A stretch of DNA of 62,847 bases, the filler included, from Babesia bigemina (taxonomy: Eukaryota): assembly GCF_000981445.1 (NCBI RefSeq). It is 4 parts of 4 records of this genome, joined end to end, with 100 filler letters (N's around TTAATTAATTAA, not from the genome) between each part and the next. Parts side by side here need not be neighbours in the genome. Positions count along the whole stretch, not along the records: positions 1 to 29,229 come from NW_012237329.1; 3 more parts are not named here. The stretch is one strand, 5' to 3'. How positions within the stretch are numbered: position 1 is the stretch's first letter; the number at the start of each line of letters is the position of its first letter. This document shows positions 9,811-18,583 of the stretch, in pieces. The notes under the pieces are model-generated. The model was given only the letters and a program-made list of their open reading frames with translations. It ran no database searches and had not been told where the DNA came from. Position numbers and translations under genes: made by a program.

Positions 9811-12800
9811 AAGTCCCTCCAAGCCGAAAAATCTAAACTTGAATGCCCTGTTAAGTATAGGGGAAATGAGTCCACTTGCCAGTGGGCCAATAGGCTGTTG
9901 AAGGAGCATGAAGATGCTAAAAATTCCAAAGATTCTGAATCTCCAAAAAAAACTCCAAAAGTAACTGAAGAACACCTTAAACAGTATAAATCAGACTGCG
10001 AAAGGCTATATCACAATGCTTCCTACCGTGACGGTTCCAAGCAGAAAGCCTATGATGAAATTTCTGAGCGTGAGAAACAACTTAAAGAACTTAATGATAA
10101 GCTTAAAAATTTCACTGAATCACTTGGTAAAAAAGGTGATGAAAACATTCTTCATAACCTTTGCACCGGCCTCGAGACATTCCTCGGCTTCGACTCTGCT
10201 TCCAGAGGCTACACTGGCAAAGGCATCGTGTACTCTGACTTGGATAGGCTGTGTGACGGGGTGATGGGATTTTTGAGTGGTGTTCTCAGTAACATCAAAG
10301 AGCATTTAGGGCAGCATAAAGGAGAAATTACTGAAGCAATTAACACTCTTAAGCAAAATAAACACGCCGGTAAAAAAGGTTTTAATGTTGCGATTGGAAG
10401 TGTGGTCGCAGGGGTGGGGGGGTATAATGGTAATGTAAGAAATTCCAACAATTATGTTAAAAATCCAATTGAAGCATTATTAAATCATGTTAGAGAAGGT
10501 GGCGAATTAGATAAAGCTGTTGATAAAATTCCGGTTTGCAATGTTTCCAAGGAGGCCGTGATAACGGCCGTGACCCTGGTGGAGCAGTGTAGAGGATTTG
10601 CAAACGTGTTCCATAAGGCGTTCAATTTGAATACACAACCACAAATGAAAATAGCAGTGGAAGATCTAAATCCCGATATCCAAGTAAAAATTGACAATGC
10701 TAAGAAAAATATTGGCCTTGAGCTGACTAGGCTTACTAAGTATTCCCAACAAAAAAGAGGAAAGCAGTGGACTGATCTGGAAACCACGATAACCCTCATT
10801 GAAAAAACGTCAACTGACCTAGGAGAATGTGTTAATGTGAACATGAGAAATCGTGTGACGGACCTTGTTAGGCAGCTGAAGACTAAGGTCGAGGAGATTA
10901 AAAAACAACTACAAGTGATCGACCAAAAAATGCAGTGGTATATCGATAGGTTAAATAGATGGATCGTCGCTGCCGATGAAATGCTTAAGAAGCCGATAAA
11001 AGATGCGGGGGAAGTTGGGATTTCGTTGCCCGGAGGAGAGAATCAAGATAACATTAGAAAAAAAGCCGCCGAATTGAAAGAGAAAGGTGAGACACTTTTC
11101 TGGCATTTCAACAGTACGAAGGATAACGTCGAAAAGAACGTTACCGAAGCGCTTGCAAAAGTGAAAGAAATGGACGAGGCGCTTAAAGGGGATTTGTGGA
11201 AAGTGAAGGATGCTGTTAGTAAGCAGGTCGGGGAGATAAAGACGGCGATTGGGAAGTTGTATAAAGTGGTTGAGACTGGAGACACGGAAGGGGCAACGCA
11301 CAACTCAATGGTCGAGATGGTCGACCTTATAAAAAATAAGATAAAGACCATTGAAGGGGTAGGCGGAAGGTTCGTAACTAAACCAACCGGGCTGTGGGCA
11401 ATCAGTCAGCAGGTTCCGACCTACGTTAAGACGTTTGAGAACTTTGATGCGACGGTCGCTGATTGGGTGAGGGAGATTGTGAGAAGGATGGTAGCAAATA
11501 ATGGTCCCCTGCATGAGCATATTGACATGTATGCTTCCGAAATAGAAACTCTGCAAAATAACCGTGAACAACTGCTTCCTAAGGTGAAGGAACAAATCAT
11601 TACCAAGGTCATAGCCAAGGTAAAAGAAATTGCGTTAGCTCACAAAGCGGATCTTGCCACCAATGGAAATGTGGAAACCGATTTAAAATTGATTAAAAGA
11701 TTCCTTGATCACTTTAATGGGCAAAGTCTACAGAATGGTGTTGACCATATAGTCAGTGCTATAGAGAAGGCAGGTGAATTACAAGTGGATCCCTCCAAAC
11801 AAAATGTTATACACAACTCAGATCTGAAGAATGCCGTAAATATAGTTTTGCATGTTTTTTCGATGGCTGCTGAAAAAATGGGTGAGCAAATTCAGAAGCT
11901 TGCTACTGACTGCCATCTCGGCAAAATCAACGAGGCATTGACCACGGCTAGCGATTTTGAAGAGAAATTGAAACAAGCTACAGGAAACCAATCCGTTGGA
12001 ACATCCAGCAGTAGGATTAACTTTGCCCTCGCCGTCGACAACGCGATCAGGGAGGTGACGGAAGAGCTTGGGAGAAAATTGATTACCGCCGCTGGTGATA
12101 CAGTCACGCTGGAAACAACGACTGCCTTCTCCAAATACGATGGCTTTGTCGACCAAGACAAAGTGTCCTCCCTTTCCAAATCTGACTTCGAAGCCATCAA
12201 AAGCGCAGGCCACCTCCCCGCGGCGATCGGTGCGATTAGGGATACTGCAAAAACTGATTTTGAGAATGCTAAGAATATAATCAACAACGTAACGTCTTTC
12301 AATACCTTGTCTGAAGCAATCGCCACGAACCTAAGTGATCTGTTGAGGGCTTTCGAAAAGGTAGGCCAATCTATAAAAGTTACCTTAAGCAACCTGAAAA
12401 TAAATACGATCGGCATGAAGGATAAAGGCGCGAAAGCTGCTGAAGGCAGCTTGCAAGAAATTCAACAACACCTCTCTAATCTCAAAACCTTCGATTTGAA
12501 CAACGCCATACAGAAGGCAAAGAACTTCTTTGAGAAAGAAGCCATCGAGGTGCAAACCAAATGCATCCAGGAAATTGAAAAACATGTTAACTCTGAGGTA
12601 AAGAAGGGTCGAGATATCATAATCGCCCAAGTTCGCGCAAACTACGTAACGTCCGTAAAGGAATTGCTGCAACAATTTTCGTCAAAGGTGACAGACGAAC
12701 TGAAACATCTTCCCACCGAAATAACCCAGGACGCCGATAAGAAATTTAAAGGATTCATGAAAGAGATAGAGGCGCAATTGAAGACCGATAATATAAAAAA

Positions 12801-15360
12801 CGCATTGCCACCAAACGCCAAACTGGCGACGTTTGCTGGATGTATCAGCAACTTCTTTGGTGGTATACTCTACAGTCTCAATACTAAACGTGACATCATG
12901 CCTCCGCATAAAATTACTGAAATAGATACTACACTAAACACTCTACTAAATGGCCTCTCGAATTACAACAAGAAATTTGTAGTTGAGTTATCCGCCGTTA
13001 ACACACTTATAGACGGCATCCATCCGGAGTCGTTCAGCGAAGACAGTAACAAGCTGCTTGACATTCTGACAAAAGGCCTGCGAAAATTTCACGACGAACT
13101 TGACAAGGCTTACATCTCAATTTATGACGGTGAGCCGTGGCGAGCGGAGTATTCTTCCAGATATGCTAAGGTTTGTCTCACGATCATTCATCTTGGCGTC
13201 TCGTTACCCATGTTGAGAGTAAACTGCAAGAGCTTAAGTGGACAGCAGATTAACAAAAACGGTGACCTCGGAAAACTGTTCGCCGATGAAGGCTATCGTG
13301 TATCCGACCGGGGCGAGCAGAACGGCGAGCTGCAAGACCAGGACTGGATGAAAGGTGACCAAATTCAGAAGAGGCTGACTTGGCCAATAAGCGGGGTCAA
13401 CAACGAGCATTTAAGATTGTGTGAGTCAACTAAGAAACATGATAAATTTAGTCTCATTCATTTCATGGCGTGTCTTGTCGATCACCTCGGACAATACAAC
13501 GACGTTTGTCACATCGCTCCTCCATCGAAGGGCAACGCACCTTGCAATGTATACCAAATGTTGTGTTGGCTTGACGGACTTCCTCATAGTCCGGTATACC
13601 AAGACTTGATAATTGACGGATTTAGCGGTCTCTTTGAGAAACCGGGCGAGCAGCACAAAGACGTTCAGTCGGACGATCTACCTGTTATAGACGAAAATGC
13701 CGACACGTTGGACGCCTATCCGAAACCCATCACCGCTGCTGCGCTGAGAGCAACACTCGACGAAGTATGCAAGCAATCTCACAACGTCCTCACTTCCATC
13801 CTCGGATATGGCCACGCGGGTGGCGTGTATGCTTGTGAATTCACTAACAATTCGCAGGGTTTAGTATACCCGAATAACATGAACAGCCTAATCTGTACCC
13901 TGGTTGATATCCTTAGACGCCTTCATTACCAGCTTTATTTCATATGTCAGCAGTGTCTGTACAATACTGAGCTTGGCGGGTGGCGTGATTGCTGGTATGG
14001 CCGGGAAATCGGTGGATCCAACTGGAAGTGTAACACGATCCAATGTGCCAACCAAGACGCTGGTCAAAAGCATAACCAACGCTGTGACCAAAAGTGCGAC
14101 CAAAACACTACCTGCGGCCTCAAGTCACCACTGCAATCTTATCTGGAGGATGGTCTGCCGGGCTTTTTGCCACATCTCGTAACAAGCAAGGGGCCAAAGA
14201 TGTCATGTGGCACGTGCGCTAGAGCATCACCTGAAATGCCATGTTTGACGCCGATGGGCTTTTCCGATATCAGCAATCTTGCATCGCATAGGCGGAAAGG
14301 TCAACAACTTTACATGGCACTCACAGGTTTTTGCAGCAGTGTGAACTCTCCTCTCACTAAGCTGTGCAGCATGTTTAATTGTATTATTCCCAGCGCTCCC
14401 AAAACACTTGACTACATGTTCGCTGTCTTCTATCAATTACTTCACGATTGGGATGAGGATAGGAACGAGACTCGTATTAAGCACACAAAACAGGGATTCA
14501 ACTTCGCAGTAAACGAGGCGTATTTCAATGACAACTATGACTTCGGCGACGTGTCGCTCATGTTCAAATCGAAGAGGCACGCAGCCTTTGTCTACGTAAA
14601 GGAAAATGAAGTTGATAGTTTATATCACCACCGCGGCAACCTCTATAGTATATTCAACCCCGACGATGCGTGTTACACTGCCACCATGACGTGCGGAGCA
14701 TACATCTCGCCGATTTGCCTAGACGCATATTCGGCATTGTCGTCTAACAACGGTAAACTATATGTTTCGTGGATTATTTACACGATCGAAAAATTCTACG
14801 ATTTGCTATGCCAGCTGTGCAGAAGGTGTACTGGAAATTGCACCGGCCAGAGTAAGAAATGTCGTGTCTCTGGATGCGCAAAAACGGTTTGCAACGTGGA
14901 CGCAATTGATAGTCTCGCCACCAAAGCGCATAGCGAATCGTGCAACTCAATCGTCCAATGCCCGAACACATTACCAACGTTGTACACATACGGATTTACA
15001 TACGGTAACAGAGTGTCTCTTAATGGGCTTGTGAACAAAAGTTGTGTTCCAAAAAGAACTTGTAAAGATTTTTCAGAGCAACTAAACAAAGTCTGCTCCC
15101 AGGCATCTGTGCTATCGAAATTAATTCATGTCACTATACCGGAATTCCTATTTAGAATCAGGTTGCCTTTCATGTTATTAGTCCTCGCACTTTGGTCACT
15201 CTCCCTATTCTACCTCATCTGCGTAATGGTTGGCAGACTGGATGTGCTGCACATCAAATCGCACCTGAGGATACCGTCATCGCACAGGATAACGGCGCAA
15301 TCATTGTTGGCTGCAGCGCAAGTCGGAAGGCTTGCCAAGATATCGTACCTACAACCGTAA
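9811..15360 (+). CDS. ves1: VESA1-like antigen, copy 2 (tail type A), 5'-truncated
   Basis: Frame is open from the satellite edge (KSLQAEKSKLECPVKY...) with no ATG until MGFLSGV at 10264; same domain layout and tail as copy 1. Confidence 0.85.
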   Translation, partial: KSLQAEKSKLECPVKYRGNESTCQWANRLLKEHEDAKNSKDSESPKKTPKVTEEHLKQYKSDCERLYHNASYRDGSKQKAYDEISEREKQLKELNDKLKNFTESLGKKGDENILHNLCTGLETFLGFDSASRGYTGKGIVYSDLDRLCDGVMGFLSGVLSNIKEHLGQHKGEITEAINTLKQNKHAGKKGFNVAIGSVVAGVGGYNGNVRNSNNYVKNPIEALLNHVREGGELDKAVDKIPVCNVSKEAVITAVTLVEQCRGFANVFHKAFNLNTQPQMKIAVEDLNPDIQVKIDNAKKNIGLELTRLTKYSQQKRGKQWTDLETTITLIEKTSTDLGECVNVNMRNRVTDLVRQLKTKVEEIKKQLQVIDQKMQWYIDRLNRWIVAADEMLKKPIKDAGEVGISLPGGENQDNIRKKAAELKEKGETLFWHFNSTKDNVEKNVTEALAKVKEMDEALKGDLWKVKDAVSKQVGEIKTAIGKLYKVVETGDTEGATHNSMVEMVDLIKNKIKTIEGVGGRFVTKPTGLWAISQQVPTYVKTFENFDATVADWVREIVRRMVANNGPLHEHIDMYASEIETLQNNREQLLPKVKEQIITKVIAKVKEIALAHKADLATNGNVETDLKLIKRFLDHFNGQSLQNGVDHIVSAIEKAGELQVDPSKQNVIHNSDLKNAVNIVLHVFSMAAEKMGEQIQKLATDCHLGKINEALTTASDFEEKLKQATGNQSVGTSSSRINFALAVDNAIREVTEELGRKLITAAGDTVTLETTTAFSKYDGFVDQDKVSSLSKSDFEAIKSAGHLPAAIGAIRDTAKTDFENAKNIINNVTSFNTLSEAIATNLSDLLRAFEKVGQSIKVTLSNLKINTIGMKDKGAKAAEGSLQEIQQHLSNLKTFDLNNAIQKAKNFFEKEAIEVQTKCIQEIEKHVNSEVKKGRDIIIAQVRANYVTSVKELLQQFSSKVTDELKHLPTEITQDADKKFKGFMKEIEAQLKTDNIKNALPPNAKLATFAGCISNFFGGILYSLNTKRDIMPPHKITEIDTTLNTLLNGLSNYNKKFVVELSAVNTLIDGIHPESFSEDSNKLLDILTKGLRKFHDELDKAYISIYDGEPWRAEYSSRYAKVCLTIIHLGVSLPMLRVNCKSLSGQQINKNGDLGKLFADEGYRVSDRGEQNGELQDQDWMKGDQIQKRLTWPISGVNNEHLRLCESTKKHDKFSLIHFMACLVDHLGQYNDVCHIAPPSKGNAPCNVYQMLCWLDGLPHSPVYQDLIIDGFSGLFEKPGEQHKDVQSDDLPVIDENADTLDAYPKPITAAALRATLDEVCKQSHNVLTSILGYGHAGGVYACEFTNNSQGLVYPNNMNSLICTLVDILRRLHYQLYFICQQCLYNTELGGWRDCWYGREIGGSNWKCNTIQCANQDAGQKHNQRCDQKCDQNTTCGLKSPLQSYLEDGLPGFLPHLVTSKGPKMSCGTCARASPEMPCLTPMGFSDISNLASHRRKGQQLYMALTGFCSSVNSPLTKLCSMFNCIIPSAPKTLDYMFAVFYQLLHDWDEDRNETRIKHTKQGFNFAVNEAYFNDNYDFGDVSLMFKSKRHAAFVYVKENEVDSLYHHRGNLYSIFNPDDACYTATMTCGAYISPICLDAYSALSSNNGKLYVSWIIYTIEKFYDLLCQLCRRCTGNCTGQSKKCRVSGCAKTVCNVDAIDSLATKAHSESCNSIVQCPNTLPTLYTYGFTYGNRVSLNGLVNKSCVPKRTCKDFSEQLNKVCSQASVLSKLIHVTIPEFLFRIRLPFMLLVLALWSLSLFYLICVMVGRLDVLHIKSHLRIPSSHRITAQSLLAAAQVGRLAKISYLQP

Positions 15361-15507
15361 TTGTATTCACGTTTGTAATTCACACAACTCACGTAACAAT
15401 TCACCTACTCACCTAACCAACATACGTTGTCTAATGTCTCGAATTACTCTAGCGGCAACGTGTGAACTAAATAGCGTTGAGATTATGTGCTGACTGAAAG
15501 ACAATGT

Positions 15508-15690
15508 AACGTGTTGACCTAGCACACAGGCAACGTGATAACCTAGCAACCAGGCAAAGTGCTAAGCTAGCATCCAGGCAAAGTGGTAAGTTAGCACGCA
15601 GGCAAAGTGTTAAGCTAGCACCCAGGCAAAGTGCTAAGCTGGCAGCCAGGCAACGTGTTAACCTAGCAACCAGGCTAAGAGCTAAGCTGG
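15508..15690 (+). repeat. 24-bp array (short)
   Basis: Same unit after ves copy 2. Confidence 0.93.
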
Positions 15691-16200
15691 CGGATGAACC
15701 GTAATTTGGTGGGTGTTGTAGCACGTTGATTGCCTGTTGCGTTGAGTTAGGCGTTGACTGTGAGAGGTGTCAGCGTTGCCCATTGAGTCAGTGCCACGTG
15801 AGGCTGGGTGATTGGTCGCTAACGTAAGCGGTCGTGAGGACCGCGGCGGGTGACTTAAGTCGTGTGTTGCGAGTCACTGGCGGGGTGGCGTAATCGGCGT
15901 TGGCCAGGTTAAGTAGCGTTTATAGGCGGCGATGTGGCGATCGTTAATATCACATTTAGGCACGTAGCCGACACGCTCCGCCAGCATGGCGCCTATACCG
16001 CGGCTCGTGGCACGGTGCTGCTGCACTGTGGGAGTTGAGCGCACGGGTCGCTGCGATTTTAATGGCGTTGCGAATAGTGAATAATTTAGAGTGACAGTTG
16101 TTGCCGATCACATGCGTCGCGTCAGGGCAGCTGTGGTATCCTGGGCAGCGTGGGTGTCGGTGGCCTGGGCTGGGGGGATACAGGGGTGAGGGTGAGTGTT
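15690..16200 (+). promoter_or_regulatory. Conserved promoter-like block, copy 2
   Basis: Homologous to 7066-7550. Confidence 0.5.
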
Positions 16201-16520
16201 GATGAGGGGACTGGGAGCGGCAGTGGTACGTGTTGCAGTTGGTGAGTGCGTTGCTAAGTGATTGACATGTTCGCAGGCTGAGGGGAGTGGGAGCGGCAGT
16301 GGTACGTGTTGCAGTTGGTGAGTGCGTTGCTAGGTGACTGATATGTCTGCAGGTTGAAGGGACTGGGAGCGGCAGTGGTACGTGTTGCAGTTGGTGAGTG
16401 CTTGCTAGGTGATTTATATGTTTGCAGACTGAGGGGACTGGGCGCGGCAGTGGTACGTGTTGCAGTTGGTGAGTGCTTGCTAGGTGATTTATATGTTCGC
16501 AGGCTGAGGGGACTGGGAAG
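16200..16520 (+). repeat. ~76-bp exon/intron-like units (4 copies)
   Basis: Same unit before Cys-rich gene 2. Confidence 0.85.
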
Positions 16521-16537
16521 GAGAGGGGAAGGGGAAG

Positions 16538-17002
16538 ATGACAAGAGGGGAGCAGTGTACGTGTGGTACTGGATGTACGCAAGGTGAATGTAGATGCTGC
16601 TACGTGTCCTGTGGACGGTGTAGAGGTATATGTCCTGTCTGTCGCGCTATCTACTATAAGCGGCAAAGCAGCGATCAATGCCACCCTGATGGATGTAAAA
16701 AATGTAATTCTTATTGTTCCTGTTTTTGTCGTAGAAATGCACGCAATGTGGAATCTGTACGTACCCAGTATGCTACCCTTTCCTCCCATGCCGCCCAATC
16801 CCTTGGTTCCTCCGGTTCTTCCTCCTCCAGTGCAGAGCCTCACGCCGGTCAACTGCGTCTCACCGGCGCCTCCGACTCACCATCCACCCCTCTCCTCCCT
16901 ATCATCATCGCCGCCGTCGCCCTTATCATCGTCGTCATCTGCGTCATGGTCTACTTCCGCATCCGGCCATTCCACAGGGTGCGGTATCTACTGCGCAGCT
17001 AA
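16538..17002 (+). CDS. Small Cys-rich single-pass membrane protein, copy 2
   Basis: 154 aa, same layout; Cys spacing kept while other residues diverge. Confidence 0.75.
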   Translation: MTRGEQCTCGTGCTQGECRCCYVSCGRCRGICPVCRAIYYKRQSSDQCHPDGCKKCNSYCSCFCRRNARNVESVRTQYATLSSHAAQSLGSSGSSSSSAEPHAGQLRLTGASDSPSTPLLPIIIAAVALIIVVICVMVYFRIRPFHRVRYLLRS

Positions 17003-17074
17003 TCACAATAACCTAACTGCCAACTGACATCTAATGTTCTAGACAACGTAATGCTTGCGTTGATGAGTAATAAC

Positions 17075-17208
17075 ATGAGCAGTGAGTGACCTCTAACCCC
17101 GCCCCTTACATCATCGTCCCCGTCGCCCTCATCATCATCGTCATCTGCGTCATGATCTACTTCCGCATCTGGCCGTTCCACAGGGTGCGGTACCTACTGC
17201 GCAGCTGA
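17075..17208 (+). pseudogene. Micro-TM module type A, disrupted (1-nt deletion gives MSSE*)
   Basis: ATGAGCAGTGAG-TGACC versus ATGAGCAGTGAGGTGACC in intact copies; TM and tail retained. Confidence 0.5.
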
Positions 17209-17244
17209 TCGCAAGAATCTCACTGGCAACAGACATCTAATGTT

Positions 17245-17451
17245 GTGACAGTAATGATTGCGTTGATGACAAATCACATGAGCAGCGTGGTGACCATCCC
17301 CCCTCCCTACTCCGCCATCGCCGCCGTCATCGTTGCCATCATCGTCGCCATCATTTTGCTCGACCTGTGCATCTTCCGATTCCCGGTGGGCCGCAACATC
17401 CGCGATTTCCTCGTCCGCAAGATACCCTTCTGCATCGCGTTTTACAGCTGA
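17245..17451 (+). CDS. Micro-TM module type B, intact
   Basis: MIALMTNHMSSVVTIPPPYSAIAAV...IPFCIAFYS. Confidence 0.5.
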   Translation: MTVMIALMTNHMSSVVTIPPPYSAIAAVIVAIIVAIILLDLCIFRFPVGRNIRDFLVRKIPFCIAFYS

Positions 17452-17538
17452 GATCAGTAATTTATGAGCGCAAACTATGTTAACCCAAATTCCGCTGATC
17501 ACCTAACTGGCAACTGGCATCTAATGTTCTAGACAGTA

Positions 17539-17703
17539 ATGGTTGCGTTGATGGCAAATCACATGAGCAGCGAGGTGACCATTTTCCCCCTCCCCCTCCC
17601 CATCATCATCGCCCCCGTCGCGCTCATCATCATCGTCATCTGCGTCATGAGCTACTTCCGCATCCGCCCGTTCCACAGGGTGCGGTATCTACTGCGCAGC
17701 TGA
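17539..17703 (+). CDS. Micro-TM module type A, intact (54 aa)
   Basis: Hand translation MVALMANHMSSEVTIFPLPLPIIIAPVALIIIVICVMSYFRIRPFHRVRYLLRS*. Confidence 0.5.
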   Translation: MVALMANHMSSEVTIFPLPLPIIIAPVALIIIVICVMSYFRIRPFHRVRYLLRS

Positions 17704-17751
17704 TCGCAATAACCTAACTGGCAACTGACATCTAATGTTCTAGACAGAGTG

Positions 17752-17910
17752 ATGATTGCGTTGATGAACAATCACATGAGCAGTGAGGTGACCATATACC
17801 CCATCCCTTACATCATCGTCCCTGTCGCCCTCATCATCGTCGTCATCTGCGTCATGATCTACTTCCGCATCCGGCCCTTCCACAGGGTGCGGTATCTACT
17901 GCGCAGCTAA
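17752..17910 (+). CDS. Micro-TM module type A, intact (52 aa)
   Basis: Hand translation MIALMNNHMSSEVTIYPIPYIIVPVALIIVVICVMIYFRIRPFHRVRYLLRS*. Confidence 0.5.
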   Translation: MIALMNNHMSSEVTIYPIPYIIVPVALIIVVICVMIYFRIRPFHRVRYLLRS

Positions 17911-17967
17911 TCACAGCAACCTAACCGGCAACTGACATCTAATGTTGTAGACAGTTGTGATTGCTTG

Positions 17968-18152
17968 ATGGCCAATCACATGAGCATTGAGGTGACCATC
18001 CCCCTCCGTACTCCGCCATCGCCGCCGTCGTCGTTGCCATCATCGTCGCCATCATCCTGCTCGACCTGTGCATCTTCCGCTTCCCGGTGGGCCGCCACAT
18101 CCGCGATTTCCTCGTACGCAAGATACCCTTCTGCATCGCGTTCTACAGCTGA
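17968..18152 (+). pseudogene. Micro-TM module type B, frameshifted at a C-run
   Basis: Leader MANHMSIEVTI is out of frame with PYSAIAAV...FYS. Confidence 0.45.
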
Positions 18153-18251
18153 TCTCAGCAATGTGTTAGCGCAAACATTGTAATCCAAATTCCACCGATC
18201 ACCTAACTGCCAACTGACATCTAATGTTCTAGACAGAGTACTGATTGCATT

Positions 18252-18430
18252 GATGACCAATGCGATGACCAAAGTGTTGACCAAGATGCTGCCCAAAGTG
18301 TTGACCAATGTGCTGACCAATGCCATGACCAACCTGCTGACCAATGCCATGACCAACGTGCTGACCAAGGTGCTGACCAAAGTGTTGACCAATGCCATGA
18401 CCAATGTGCTCACCAAAGTGCTGACCAAGT
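18252..18430 (+). repeat. 12-bp array (GTGCTGACCAAW)
   Basis: TGACCAA every 12 bp. Confidence 0.92.
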
Positions 18431-18434
18431 TGAT

Positions 18435-18565
18435 GGTTACGGCAGCGATGACAGTTGATGGACACGGCAGCGATGACATGGTCACGGCAGCGATGACATG
18501 GACACGGCAGCGATGACATGGTCACGGCAGCGACGACATCAACACGGCAGCGATGACATGGTTAC
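18435..18565 (+). repeat. 20-bp array
   Basis: ACGGCAGCGATGAC units. Confidence 0.92.
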
Positions 18566-18583
18566 CAGAGTAGTGATTATAAC

